From assembly GCF_009914755.1 (NCBI RefSeq), contig NC_060929.1: a stretch of 64,000 nt of DNA; one strand, 5' to 3'. The notes below the pieces were generated by a model that was not told the DNA's origin, did not search any database, and saw nothing but the letters and a program-made list of their open reading frames with translations. The DNA comes from the human T2T-CHM13v2.0 reference genome, Homo sapiens. Of this stretch, positions 30,978-43,884 are shown in pieces. Within the stretch, counting starts at the first letter, position 1; the number at the start of each line of letters is the position of its first letter. Position numbers and translations under genes: made by a program.

Positions 30978-31517
30978 CTACCCATTCTGTATTCTCTTTG
31001 CCTTCAGTAAGCACCTCAGCAGGTTGTGGTTTTTTGTTTTGTTTTGTTTTGTTTTTCCTGATGGACTGACCCAAACCTTCATTCCTGAGGGGTCTGGACC
31101 ATTTGTAGTTCTGCCTGGATTGGGCTGTTGTTGCTTCCCACTGACCTTAATCACAAGGCATAGTAATACTAAGAAACTCCCTAATGGATCTTCTGTATTC
31201 CATGCATACTCTTCCTTACCTCTGTTATAGAGTAGTAGACTGATTTCACCTTGATAGTCTGGGTCAGCCACCCCAGCCAACACTGTAACACCCTTCTTAG
31301 ACTGTTGACTTAAAGGTAGGAGAAGCCAAAACTGTCCAGGTGGCAATCTTAACTTCCAGTTTAATGGAATCATTGTTGTGTCTCCTGGTGGCAGTGTTCC
31401 TCCCTCTGGAACTAAGACCTCTAGGCCAGCTGAACTTAATGCTGTGGGAACAGGAAGCAAAAATTTTGCTAGTGGATCACTAAGGATGATGATGAGTGTT
31501 GCCACTTCCACTTCCAT
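30978..31517 (-). pseudogene. HERV-L dUTPase region, open for 179 codons
   Basis: SAGLEV (motif 1-like), GVADPDYQGEI (motif 3) and GDPLG-like EDPLG; position after integrase is typical of ERV-L. Confidence 0.85.
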
Positions 31518-31519
31518 CC

Positions 31520-34450
31520 CTTGATTTCTAGACCCACGAATCCTGACTATGGGAGAAACAGTACCATGTATTGGATGTTAATTCAGGGCATACATGGCCT
31601 TCTGGAGAACTTTGCCCCAGCCCTTCAAAGTATTGTTACCTAGTTAGCATTGTAATTGTGACTTCAGAAGGCCATTCCATCCTTCTATCAATCTAGCTGC
31701 TTCCGGATGATGGGAAACATGGTAAACCCAGTGAATTCCATGAGCATGAGCCCACTGCTGCACTGCTTTAGCCATAAAGTGAGTGTCTTGGTTAGAGGCA
31801 ATGCTGTGTGGAATACCATGACAGTGGATAAAGCATTCTGTGAGTCCACAGATGGTAGTCTTGGCAGAAGCATTGTGTGTAAGATAGCAAACCCAGATCC
31901 GGAGTAAGTGTCTATTCCAGTGAGAGCAAACTTCTGCTCTTTCCATGATGGAAGGGGTCCAATATATTCAACCTGCCACCAGGTAGCTGGTTGATTACCC
32001 CAAGGAATGGTGCCATATTGAGAGCTCAGTGTTGGTCTTTGCTGCTGGCAAATTGGGCACTCAGCAGTGGCCATAGCCAGGTCAGCCTTGTGAGTGGAAG
32101 TCCATATTGCTGAGCCCATGCATAACCTCCATTCCTGCCACCATGGCCACTTTGTTCATAGGTCTATAGGGGGATATCAGGGCTGTCTGGGGAAAGAGGC
32201 TGAGTGGTGTCCACAGAATGGGTCATCCTATCCAATTGATTATTAATATCCTCTGCTGGGGTCACCTGATGGTGAACACTCACACTGGATACAAATATCT
32301 CCACAGTTTTTGACCATTCAGAGAGGTCCATCCACATACCTCTTTTCCAAATTTCTTTGTTACCAATTTCCAATCATGCTTCTTCCAAGTCCCTGACATC
32401 TAGCCAAACCATTGGCAACAGCCCATGAATCAATATGTAATCGCACATATGGCCATTTCTCCCTCCATGCAATGTGCACAACCAGGTGCACTGCTCGAAG
32501 TTCTGCCCACTGGGAAGATTTCCCTTCACCGCTGTTCAGGGATGTCCTAGACAGGGGCTGTAGTGCTGCAGCAGTCCATTTTCAGGTGCCTGCATATCAT
32601 GTAGAACCATCTGTGAACCAGGCCCTAGTCTTCTCTTCCTCTGTCAACTGATCATAGGGAACTCCCATGAGGCCACTGGTGCAGGCCGGGCGAGAGAAGG
32701 CAGGGTGGGAGGAATGCAGACCATGGGCATTTGACCAAGCCACTTCCTCATGTAACTTACTTTTGCCTTCAGGACCTGCTTGAGCCCAATCACATATATA
32801 CCACTTCCATTTGATGATGGAATGCTGCGGTGTATGACCCACTTTATGGCTAGATGGGTCAGAAAGCACCCAGTTCATGATAGGCAGTTCAAGTTGTATG
32901 GTAACTTGATGACCCATAGTCAAGCGTTCAGTTTCCACCAAAACCCAGTAACAGGCCAAGAGCTTCCTCTCAAAAGAAGAGTAGTTATCTGCAGAAGATG
33001 GTAGGACCTTGCTCCAAAATCCTAGAGGCCTCCATTGTGATTCACCTATGGGGGCCTGCCAAAGGCTCCAAACAGCATCCCTATCTGCCACTGACACCTC
33101 AAGCACCATTGGATCTGCTGAATCATATGGCCTAAGAGGCAGAGCAACTTACACAGCAGCCTGGACCTGTTGCAGAGCCTTGTCCTGTTCTGGACCCCAC
33201 TAAAAACTGGCAGCCTTTCAGGTAACTCGATAAATGGGCTGGAATAACACATCCAGATGAGGAATGTGTTGCCTCCAAAATCCAAATAGGTCCATTAGGC
33301 ATTCTGCGTGTTTCTTGTTGTATGAGGGACCAAATGCAGCAACTTCTCCTTCACTGTAGAAGGAATATCTTGACACGAGCCACATGACTGGACCTCTAGA
33401 AATTTTACTGAGGTAGAAGGTCCCTGAATTTTAGTCAGATTTATTTCCCATCCTCTGGCATGCAAATGCCTCAGCAATAAGTCATGTGTTTGCTACTTCT
33501 TGCTCACTGGATCCAATCAGCATAATGTCATCAATGTAATCGACTAGTGTGATATTTTGTAGAAGTGAAAAGCAATCAAGTTCTCTCCGAATAAGATTGT
33601 GACACAAAGCCAGACAGTTGATATACCCCAGAGGTAGGACAGTAAAGGTAGATTGCTGACCTTGTCAGCTGAAGACAAATTTCTTCTGGTGGGCCTTATG
33701 GACAAGAACAGAGAAAAAAAGCATTTGCCAAGTCGATGGCTGCCTACCAGTTACTGGGAGATGTGTTAATTTGCTCAAGCAATGAAACCACATCTGGTAC
33801 AACATTTGCAATTAAAGTCACCCCTTGGTTAACCTTATGATAATCCACTGTCATTCTCCAGGATCTGTCTGTCTTTTGCACTGGCCAAATAGGAGAGTTG
33901 AACAGGGATTTGTTGGGAATCACCACCCCTGCATCATTCAAGTCCTTGATGGTGGCACTAATCTCCACAATCCCTCCACGGATGCAATTTTTTTATTTAC
34001 TATTTGTCTAGGTAGAGGCTGCTCTAATGGTTTCCATTTGGCCTTTCCCACCATAATAGCCCTCACCCTACCAGTCAGGGAGCCAATGTGTGGGTTCTGC
34101 CAGCTGCTAAGTATGTCTATGCCAATTATGCATTCTGGTAACGTGGAAATGACCACAGGATGAGTCCAGGGACCTGCTGGACCCACTGTAAGTTGGACCT
34201 GAAATAAAACTCCATTAATTACCTGACCTCCATAAGCCCCTACTTTAACTGGAGGACCACAATGATGTTTTGGGTTCCCTGGAATCAAGGTCAGCTCAGA
34301 GCCAGTGTGTAGTAGTCCCCAAAATGTCTGATCATTTCCCTTTCTCCAATGCACAGTTACCCTGGTAAAAGGCCGGAGGTCTCCTTGGGGAAGAATGGGA
34401 GAAAGATTCACTGCATAAATTGTCAGTAATCTAGTGGGGTTCTTCCTCAC
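31520..34450 (-). pseudogene. HERV-L pro-pol (protease, RT, RNase H, integrase), frameshifted
   Basis: LLHTGSELT (catalytic D replaced by H), [20 protein letters not shown] at 33527-33538, WFTDGS, CPICQQ, IEGWNGLLK. Confidence 0.93.
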
Positions 34451-36176
34451 GGGGAGCCAGCCTCCCCTTCATTTAATGGTTCTGGGTCTATAAACTGGCT
34501 CAAGTCTGGAAATTGATTGAGGGGCCATGATTCTCTATTTTTATAATTCAAATTAGTCTTTTGTCCATTCAACCTAGAAGTTTTCTCCTTATACAAGTTA
34601 AGTAGGAATGGCAGTAGGCTTTCTATCAATTTCATTTCTAGGAATACCATGATTAATTACCCAATGCCAGAGCCCTACACGAGTCAGACTATTCTGATGG
34701 CTACTTTTTCTCTGCTGTCCATTATGGTAGTTACTCTCACCTTGCCTTTGATGGTTAACTGCTGCCACATGGCCCCTGCCACCTTGGGATCCAATTATTC
34801 CCACTGTATTTAAATTTTGTAATTGAGTGACTGTGGAGTCCACTGTTAGATCTGACATACAGAGAAGAGCAATTACAGGGCTCTTCAGAAATGCAGGTCC
34901 TGCCATCACAAATCTATTTTGCATGACATTGGTCAAGGGTATATCTTCTGGACACTCCCAGCTGGGATGAGTAGGTTTAAAGTGACTAATCCACTCCACC
35001 ATCCCAATCTCCCTAAGCCTTTGGATCCCTTCCTCTACATTAAACCAAGGGAGATCAGGCATTTCCAGCACCTCAGAGTGGGCCATCTTTTAATCCATAT
35101 TTCAGTTAACAAAGCTAATGAACTATTAGCATCTTGTTTAACTCCTCAAGCTGCAACATTAAATGCAGAGTCCCTACTTAGTGGGCCCAAATCAATAAAT
35201 TCAGCCTGATCCAACTTTATGTTCCTTCCACAATTATCCCATACCTTTAATATCCATTCCCATGCCTGTTATCTAGATTTCTGTTTATATAAATTAGAAA
35301 ACTCAAGCAGTTCTTTTCAAGTGTAGTGCATCTTCTCATGGGTCACACTCAACCTCACGTGTATGGGCCCACCGAGACTTTAGTCTAGTTATAGGTCTAG
35401 AAGCCTACCAGGGTGATCGGGGTGGCTCCTGAGGAGAATCAACATTATTTTGCCTGGCAACTGCCTCAGGGGAGGCCATCATTTCTGCCTCAGGCAGCAC
35501 AGGGTTTATCTCCTCAGACTAAGGTGGAAAGGCTGATGGCAGCATAAGTCAGGGAGGGGATGTTGCCATTATTGAGGATGGGGAAGCTGTTTCTTCAGCC
35601 AAAAGAGGTTCATCAGAGTTTACAAACTCAGTGTCCCCAGCTTCATCAGGGTCTTCCCACATGCCCCCATCCCAAGTTGCAGTGTCCCATTCTTTTCCAA
35701 CCAATGTCCTCATTTTAACAGTAGACACCTGGCAAGGCTGTGTATGCAAGTTTCATTGCATGTCAGCCACTCACATGATAAGAGCTTCTGTCTGTTTCTC
35801 CACAACTTCAGCTCTTTCTCTACAGGAGATAAGACTCTCATTCAGGGCAATCTTAGCAGATTTTAGGATCAGTATTTGTATTTCAAGCCAGGAGACAGAA
35901 TCCCTGAGTCATCATTTTCTTTCATCAATTTGTGCACTGAACTTAGGAACAACCAACCAGCTTCATTATTTTCCTCGATTCTCCACATATGGTCAAAGAT
36001 ATTATGTATATATTCACTAAGCTCCTGGCCTCTCCTGAGTGGTGAATCAGGAGTGTCAAATTTATTTATTTTGCATAACTCTTTAAACACTTTATATCAA
36101 GGACTATCAGTGTTCTCCATACTATTAGAAGTAAAGTCCTCAGCATTTTTGGGTCTAATCATATTAAGCAGCCAAC
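34447..36176 (-). pseudogene. HERV-L gag, frameshifted
   Basis: ELCKINKFD, GKEWDTATWDG and LEMPDLPWFNVEEGIQRLREIGMVEWI peptides. Confidence 0.9.
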
Positions 36177-36230
36177 TCCAGAAACCCCAAACCAATGGAA
36201 GAACTCCAGCTTTAATATTCTGTTCCTCTA

Positions 36231-36248
36231 GAACCACTCCTGGTACCA
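36231..36248 (-). other. Primer-binding site complementary to tRNA-Leu
   Basis: tggtaccaggagtggttc lies just after the 5' LTR; the plus strand reads ccactcctggtacca, like the tRNA-Leu(TAA) 3' end. Confidence 0.8.
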
Positions 36249-39067
36249 AAATCTGTACCAGTAAGGATTCCCTAGAGGGACAGAACTAATAGGATATATA
36301 TATCAAGGGGAGCTTATTAAGTATTAGGTATTAACTTACACAATCACAGAGTTCCATAGTAGGCTGTCTGCAAGCTTGAGGAAAAAGTAGAGCCAGTTTG
36401 AGTCCCCAAACTGAAGAACTTGGAGTCTGATGTTTGAGGGCAGGAAGCATCCAGCATGGGAGAAAGCTGTAGGCTGGGAGGCTAGGCCAGTCTTGCCTTT
36501 TCACGTTTTTCTGCCTGCTTTATATTCACTGGCTGCTGATTAGATTGTGTCCACCAGATTAAGGGTGGATTTGCCTTCCTCAGAACACTGACTCAAATGT
36601 TGATCTCCTTTGGCAACACCGTCATAGACACACCCAGGATAAATACTTTGCATCCTTCAATCCAATCAAGTTGACACTCATTCTTAACCATCACATTAGA
36701 CCATTATTATACTGCTATGAAGAAATACCCGATATGGGAAATTTATAAAGAAAAAGAGGTTTAATGGACTCACAGTTCCACATGGCTGGGGAGGCCTTAC
36801 AATCATGGAAGAAGGCAAATTAGGAGCAAAGGCATGTCTTACATGGCAGCAGGCAAGAATGTGAGTGTAGGGAAGCTGCCCTTTATAAAACCATCAGATC
36901 TCATGAAATTTATTCACTATCATGGGAACAGCATGGGAAAAACCTGCCCCATAATTTAATTACCTTCCACCAGGCCTCTCCCACAACAGGTGGGGATTAT
37001 GGGAGCTACATTTAATATGAGATTTCGGTGGGGACACAGCCAAACCATATTATTCTGCTCCTGGCTCCTCCCAAATCTCATGTTCTCACATTTCAAAACC
37101 AATCATACCTTCCTAACAGTCCCCCAAAGACTTAACTTCTTTCAGCATTAACTCCAAAGTCCACAGTCCAAAGTCTGATCTAGACAAGGCAAGTCCTTTC
37201 CACCTATGAGACTGTAAAATCAAAAGCAAGTAAGTTATTTCCTAGAAACAATGGGGGTACAGGCACTGGTTAAATACACCCATTCCAAATGGGGGAAATT
37301 GGTCAAAACAAAGGAGCTATGGGCCCCATGCAAGTCCAAAATCCAGAGTGGCAGCCAAATCTTAAAGCTCCAAAATGATTTCCTTTGACTCATGTCTCAT
37401 GACTCCAGGGTATGCTGATGCAAGAGGTGGGCTCCCATAGTCTTGGGCAGCTTTGCCCCTGTGGCTTTGCAGGGTGTAGCCTCTCTTCCCAGATGCTTTC
37501 ATGGGTTGGCATTCAGTGTCCATGGCTTTTCCAGGTGCAAGGTGCAAGCTGTTGGTGGATCCACCATTCTGCGATCTGGAGGATAGTGGCCCTCTTCTCA
37601 CAGCTCCACTAGGCAGTGCCATGGTGGGGACTCTGTGTGGGAGCTCCAACCCTACATTTCTCTTCTGCACTGCCCTAGCAAAGGTTTTCCATGAGGGCTT
37701 GCCTTGCCATTGCAGCAAACTTCTTCCTGGACATCCAAGCGTTTTTGTACATCCTCTGAAATCTAGGTAGAGGTTCCCAAACTTCAATTCTTGACTTCTG
37801 TGAACTCACAAGCTCAATACCATGTGTAAGCTTCCAGGGCTTGGGACTTTCATCCTCTGAAGCCATGGCCTGAACTGTACCTTGGCCCCTTTTAGCCACA
37901 GTTGGAGTCGAAGCAGCTGGGATGCAGGGTAATGTGTCCCAAGGCTGCATAGAGCAAGGGGGCACTGGGCCTGGCAGGGGTGCCCTGAGTCCAGCCCATG
38001 AAATCATTTTTCCCTCCCAGGCCTCCAGGACTGTGATGTGAAGGGCTGCTCTGAAGGTCTCTGACATGCCCTGGAGACATTTTCCCAATTGTCTTGGTCA
38101 TTATCACTGGGCTCCTTGTCACTTATGCAAATTTCTGCAGCAGGCTTGAATTTTCCCCAGAAAATGGGTTTTTCTTTTCTATCATATCTTCAGGCTGCAA
38201 ATTTTCCAGTTTTACCCTCTGTTTCCTCTTGAACACTTTCCGCTTAGAAATTTCTTCTTTCACATATCTTAAATTGTCTCTCTCTAGTTCAAAGTTCCAC
38301 AGATTTCTAGGGCAGGGGCAATATGCTGCCAGTCTCTTTGTTAAAGCATAACAAGAGTCATCTTTGCTCTAGTTCCCAACAAGCTTCTCATCTCCATCTG
38401 AGACCACCTCAGCTTCCAGGAAATTCCAAATTCTCCCACGTCTTCCTGTCTTCTGAGCCCTCTAAGTCTCTAGGGAGTTCCAAACTTTCCCTCATTTTCC
38501 TGTCTTCTTCTGAGCCCTCCAAATGGTTCCAACCTCTGCCTGTTACCCAGTTACAAAGTCATTTCCACATTTTCAGGTATCTTTACAGCAGCACCCCACT
38601 TTCTGTGGTACCAATTTACTGTATTAATTCATTTTCATACTGCTATGAAGAAATACCTGGGACTGGATAATTTATTTAAGAAAAAAAAAGAGGTTTAATG
38701 GACTCACAGTTCCACATGGCTAGGGAGGCCTCACAATCATGGTAGAAGGCAAAGGAGGAGCAAAGGTACATCTTACATGGAGGCAGGCAAGAGAGCTTGT
38801 GCAGGGGAACTGCCCTTTATAAAACTATCAGGTCTCATGAGACTTATTCACTATCATGAAAACAGGATGGGAGAAACCCACTCCCCTGATTCAATTACCT
38901 CCAACTGGGTCCCTCCCATGACACATGGGGATTATGGGAGCTACAATTCAAGATGAGATTTGGGTGGTGACACAGCCAAACCATATCACTGGAATTGTAG
39001 AATGGGTTTGGAAATATTTATTTGTCTTCATTTCTTTTTTGAAGCATTTGGGTAGAAGTAGTACTTT

Positions 39068-42000
39068 ACTTATTTAGTTATTTATTTATTTATTTATTAT
39101 TTTTTAAACTTTTAGGTGCAGGGGTACATGTGCAAGATTTTTTGATAAGTAAACTTATGTCACAGAGTTTTGTTGTACAAATTGTTTCATCACCCAAGTA
39201 CTAAGCCTAGTACCCAATAGTTATTTTTTCTGATGCTCTCCCTCTTCCCACCCTCCACCCTCAAGTAGGTCCCAGTGTCTGTTTTTCCCCTTTGTGTCCA
39301 TGAGTTCTCACCATTTAGCTCCCATTTATAAGTGAGAACACATGGTATTTTGTTTTCTGTTCCTGCTTTAGTTTACTAAGGATAATGGCCTCCAGCTCTA
39401 TCCATGTTCCTGTGAAAGAAATGACTTCATCTAATTTTATGGCTGCCTAGTATTCCATGATGTACATGTACCAAATTTTCTTTATCCAATCTGTCATTGA
39501 TGGGCATTGAGGTTGATTCCATGTCTTCACTATTGTGAAAAGTGCTGCAATGAACATTCATCTTTATGGTAGAATGATTTATATATATATTTTTGGTATA
39601 TACCCAGTAATTGGATTGCTGGGTTCAGTGATAGTTTTGTTTTCAGCTCTTTGAGGAATCACCACTCTGCTTTTCACAATGGTTGAACTAACACTTACAC
39701 TCCCACCAACAATGTATAAGTGTTCCCTTTTCTCTTCAGCCTCACCAGCATTTGTTATTTTTTGACTTTTTACTCATAGCCTTTCTGACTGATATGAGAC
39801 AGTATTTCATTGTGGTTTTGATTTGCATTTCTCTAGTGATCAGTAAGGTTGAGCTTTTTAAAAAAATACATGCCTGTTGGTTGCATGTATGTCTTCTTTT
39901 GAAAAGTGTCCGTGTCCTTTGCCCACTTTTTAACAAGATTGTTTTGGCTCATAAATTTGTTTAAGTTCCTTATAGATGCTGGATATCAGACCTTTGTCAG
40001 ATGCATAGTTTGGGTGTCATTGTGTATGAGATGGGTCTCTTAAAGATATACCATTTGATCTTGCTTTTTTTATCCAGGTTACCACTCTGCCTTTTAAATA
40101 GGGCATTTAGCCCATCTACATTCAAGATGAGTATAGATATGTGTGGATTTGATCCTGTTGTTGTGTTATTAACTGGTTATGCCAACTTGTTTGTGTGGTT
40201 GCTTTATAGTGTCACCGGTCTATATACTTAAGCATGTCTTTTTATTGGCTGATAATGGTCTTTTCTTTCCATATTTAGTGTTCCTTTTAAGATCTTTTGT
40301 AAGGCAGGTCTGATGGTAATGAACTCCCTCAGTATTTGCTTATCTGAAAAGGATTTATCTTTTGCTTAGGAAACTTAGTTTGACTGAACATAAATTTTTT
40401 CGTTGAAGATTTTTTTCTTCAGGAATGTTGAATATAGGTCCTCAATCTATTTTGGCTCATAGTTTCTGCTGAGAGGTCCACTGTTAGTCTGAAGGGGTTC
40501 CCTTTGTAGGTGACCTGCCCTTTCTCTGTGGCTGCTGCCTTTAAATTCTTCCTTTCATTTCAATCTTGGAAAATCTGATGATTATGTATCTTGGAGATAA
40601 TCTTGTGTAGAATCTTGCAGGGGTTCTCTGTGTTCTCTAAATTTGACTATTGGTCTCTCTAGCCAGGTGGGGAAAGTTTTCAGGGGTGAACATATGTTTT
40701 CCAAGTTGTTTGCTTTTTTCTATCCCTTCCAGGGATGCCAATGATTCACAGATTTGGTCTCTTTACATAATCCCATATTTCTCAGAGATTTTGTTTGCTT
40801 CTTTTCATTCTTTTTTTCTTTATTTTTGGCTGATTGTCTTATTTCAGACAGCCAGTCTTCAAGTTCTGAGATTCTTTCCTCAGCTTAGTCTATTCTGTTG
40901 TTAATACTTGTGATTGTATTGTGAAATTATTGTAGTGTGTTTTTCGGCTTTATCAGATTAGTTATGTTCTTTTTTTATACTGGCTATTTCATCTGCCAAC
41001 TCCTGTATGCTTTTATTGTGATACTTAGTTTCTTTGGTTTGGGTTTTGCCATTCTCCTAAATCTCGATGATCTTCAGTCCTGTCCATATTCCAAATTCTC
41101 TTTCTATCATTTCAGCCAACTCAGCCTGGTTAAGAACCCTTGTTGGAGAACTAGTGTAGTTATTTGGAGGACATAAGACACTCTGACCATTTGTGGTGCT
41201 AGGGTTCTTGCATTGGTTCTTTCTCATCTCTGTGCATGTGTGCTCTTTTAACTGCAGTATAGATTGAATACAGTCAATAGGCTTCTTTTCTGGATGTTTT
41301 AATAGGGCTGAGGCTTTGTCTAGGGTCTTTATTTGTAGCTGACCTGTCTTAGGTTTCACAGGGGAATGTGTTAGCGAGGTAATTTTGGTGTTGAAACTTT
41401 GAAGTGTGAATTAGCTGGTGGTACTTAGGCATATTGGTCAGTTGGTAGGCTCTTGATCAGTCATATGGCTCTCCTATATTTCTTCACAGTTGCAGCCATG
41501 CTCCTTCTCAATGCTCTGAAAGTATGGGCTCCTCTCCCACTTGACTGCTGGCTGTAGACTGTGGCTTGGCACTCCGGGATGCCCACCACAGCTCTGGGGT
41601 GATCTCAGGGTTTATGTTGCCTCCCCAACTTAGAGGCAACAGAGGGAAGGTGTTTATTAGTGGTTGTGGCTGAGGGTCTTTTGCTTATCTCCTGGGGGCT
41701 CCACCCCAGGGAGATGTGGGTCAGCAATTGCTCAACGCAACAATCATCCCAGGATGGGGAGATCTGTGCTATAGGCCTGAGCTAGGAGTTCCTTACCCAG
41801 TTATGAGCAGGGGGAGTGGGACCTGTGGGAGACAGACTAACCTCTTCTCCTTTGGTTGACTGCAGCTTGTTGAAGGTGTGGATAAGGCACTTAGGGTCTT
41901 TACTCCTTCATTAGTCCAAGGGTAGCAGGGGTAGTACCACTGCAGAGCAAGTGGCAGAGAAGCTTTTGGTTGCCCTGGGATCTCCACCTCTGAGAAATGT

Positions 42001-43884
42001 GGAGTTGCTGTTAGTGGGTGGGTTCAGTCAGTGGGGTAGGGTGGCTGCACTGCTGACATGAGCTTGAGGCTCCACTCGTTGGGGGGCAGGGGGTTGAAGG
42101 CTCACTAGAAGGAGAGACTGGTTTTCTCTCTGTAGGATGACTGTGGCATGCTGTAAGCTTGGATATAACCCTCAGGCTCTTTGTTTCTTCCCCAGACTAA
42201 GGGAAGCAGGAATAGAACCGCCGTCGTGGCAGTGGCAGAGGGCCGGTTATATGCCTCTGGGGAAACTCTGGGAACCAGGGAATCTCTGGGCCACTCCCAG
42301 TGGGTATGCTGAGCCATGGGTAGGGCGACTTTTCTGTGGTCTGAGCTTGGGGTGCTTCTTGGTGAAGATTTGGGTGTGGGGGTTCCCAGGGAAGAGGGTC
42401 TGAACTCCTCTCCATATGTCAGCTATGGTGTGCTGGAGGTGCCAGTGTAATGAGTAGGCCCTTTGTTTTTTCCCCAGCCCAAGGGATGTTAGTATGATAC
42501 CTCTGTAACTGTGGTGGCAGAGAGGTTGTGGGTTCACTCTGGGGTTTCCTCCTCAGAGGAATGCTGGGCTGCCTCTGATTGCAGTGAGATAGTTTCTCTG
42601 TGCTGGGGGTCTGGACCAGCCCCTGGTCCCTACGTACTCTCCCAAGCCTGGAGACAGCAAGGGTAAGGGCTGTAAGGCAGCAAAGATGGCAACCCATCCC
42701 TCCCAATGGGAGCTCTGTCACGGGAAGTTACAGAGCTGCTACTGGCTGGATAGCCCTGGCAGGGGGTGGCTGAAGACCCAGGCCTGCAGGACCTGCACAG
42801 TGAGGAGCTTCCAGAGGGAGGAGTAGGCTGCCATCTTTGCTCTCTGACAGCCTGAATCATTTTTGCTTTCTGGCTTTGAAGAGTCTGATGGGACTCGGGA
42901 CTAGAGCCTACCGCTACCACAGCAGAGCTGCTCCATGAAAAAGAGGCCAAACTGTCTTTAAAGCAGGTCCCTGAGGCTGCTCCTCCTCACAAGGCGGGAT
43001 CTCCTGAAGGGGGTTTCCAGCAACCTCTTGTAGGTGTGTTCAGGCTGGCAACAGGTCTTAAACTGCTGTCGGCAAGAAACACCAGTAGGGGTGACTGGAG
43101 ATCCCGGTCAGGAGATTCTGCCCAGTAAAGCAAGCGGGATCTGGGATCCACATCAAAAAGCAGTTTGACTGCTTCTTTGTAGAGGTACTGGGCTGTGCCA
43201 GGGGACTGCTCGATTTCCTAGTCACATCAGACTCCCTAGAGCCCAAGGGCAACCATGGCTAAGGCTGTGAAAGAGCAAAGATGGTGGCCCAAGCTTCCCC
43301 CCTGAAACTCCTTCTCAGGGAGGTGTAGCACTGCTTTTGGTGGCTGGCTGGATTCCCAAGCCAATGGGTATCATCCTGTGAGGTGCCGTGGAAGTAGGGC
43401 CTGCAGGCTGTAGCTGCTCAGCTCCCTGGATTTAGCCCTTTTCCCAAGGTTATGTATGGCAGTCTAACCTGATTTCCCAGAATTTCAGCTTTTGCCAGGA
43501 ACCCCAGGTACCTAAGGCTCCTAGGGCTCTTCATGTAGGTTGGTGTGTTAGACATAAGGCCCTGGTGGAGTGGGTTCACAAAGGGGTCTCTTGATGCAAG
43601 GGTTGCAAAGATCCTGTGGGAGAAGTGTGGGTCCCAGGGGTTACTCACTCATTCACCGCTTCCCTGGGCGGGGAAGGCCCCCTCGCTCCTTGTTGTTCCT
43701 GGGTGGGCAGTCATCCTGCCTTGCTTTTCTCCTTTCTTTATGGGTCGAGTTGTTTCCTTGATGAGTCCCGATGCATGTACCTAGATGTTTCAGTTGAAGG
43801 TGCTGTATTTACTCTCCCCTTCCATTTCTCTCTGTGAGAGTGGTGCACACTAGCTGTTTCTAGCAGGCCATCTTGCAAAACTCC
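39068..43884 (-). mobile_element. L1PA15/16-like element, 5'-complete, missing most of ORF2
   Basis: (TTTA)n tail and 3' UTR; ORF2 C-terminus joined to ORF2 N-terminus at about 40011; ORF1 at about 40270-41260; long GC-rich repetitive 5' UTR; YY1 site ggccatcttg at 43866-43875. Confidence 0.88.

Larger units (their letters stand above)
30132..36695 (-). mobile_element. Complete HERV-L provirus with two MLT2A(1)-like LTRs (30132-30602 and 36254-36695)
   Basis: LTR-PBS-gag-pro-pol-dUTPase-PPT-LTR order with no env; TSD ttagt (30127-30131) and ttaga (36696-36700). Confidence 0.95.
30123..38988 (-). mobile_element. THE1C MaLR provirus (5' LTR 38620-38988, internal 37053-38619, 3' LTR split into 36696-37052 and 30123-30131)
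   Basis: THE1C-type LTRs ending cagccaaaccatatca; THE1-int ORF relics at 37362-38122; TSD ctggc (30118-30122) and ctgga (38989-38993). Confidence 0.9.

Noticed and set aside
36231-36248. tRNA-Leu gene
   Set aside because: Only the 3'-terminal match is present, as expected for a retroviral PBS; there is no cloverleaf
30132-36695. Coding-competent HERV-L, or loss of env as a novelty
   Set aside because: gag and pol are fragmented and the protease DTG is mutated; lack of env is normal for ERV-L
38410-38525. Tandem repeat of about 55 bp in THE1-int
   Set aside because: I recall similar repeats as a common THE1 internal feature, so it is probably not locus-specific
41500-43884. Dense overlapping ORFs and higher GC suggesting a gene or CpG island
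   Set aside because: This is an L1 5' UTR; it is CpG-depleted and the ORFs follow from its GC content
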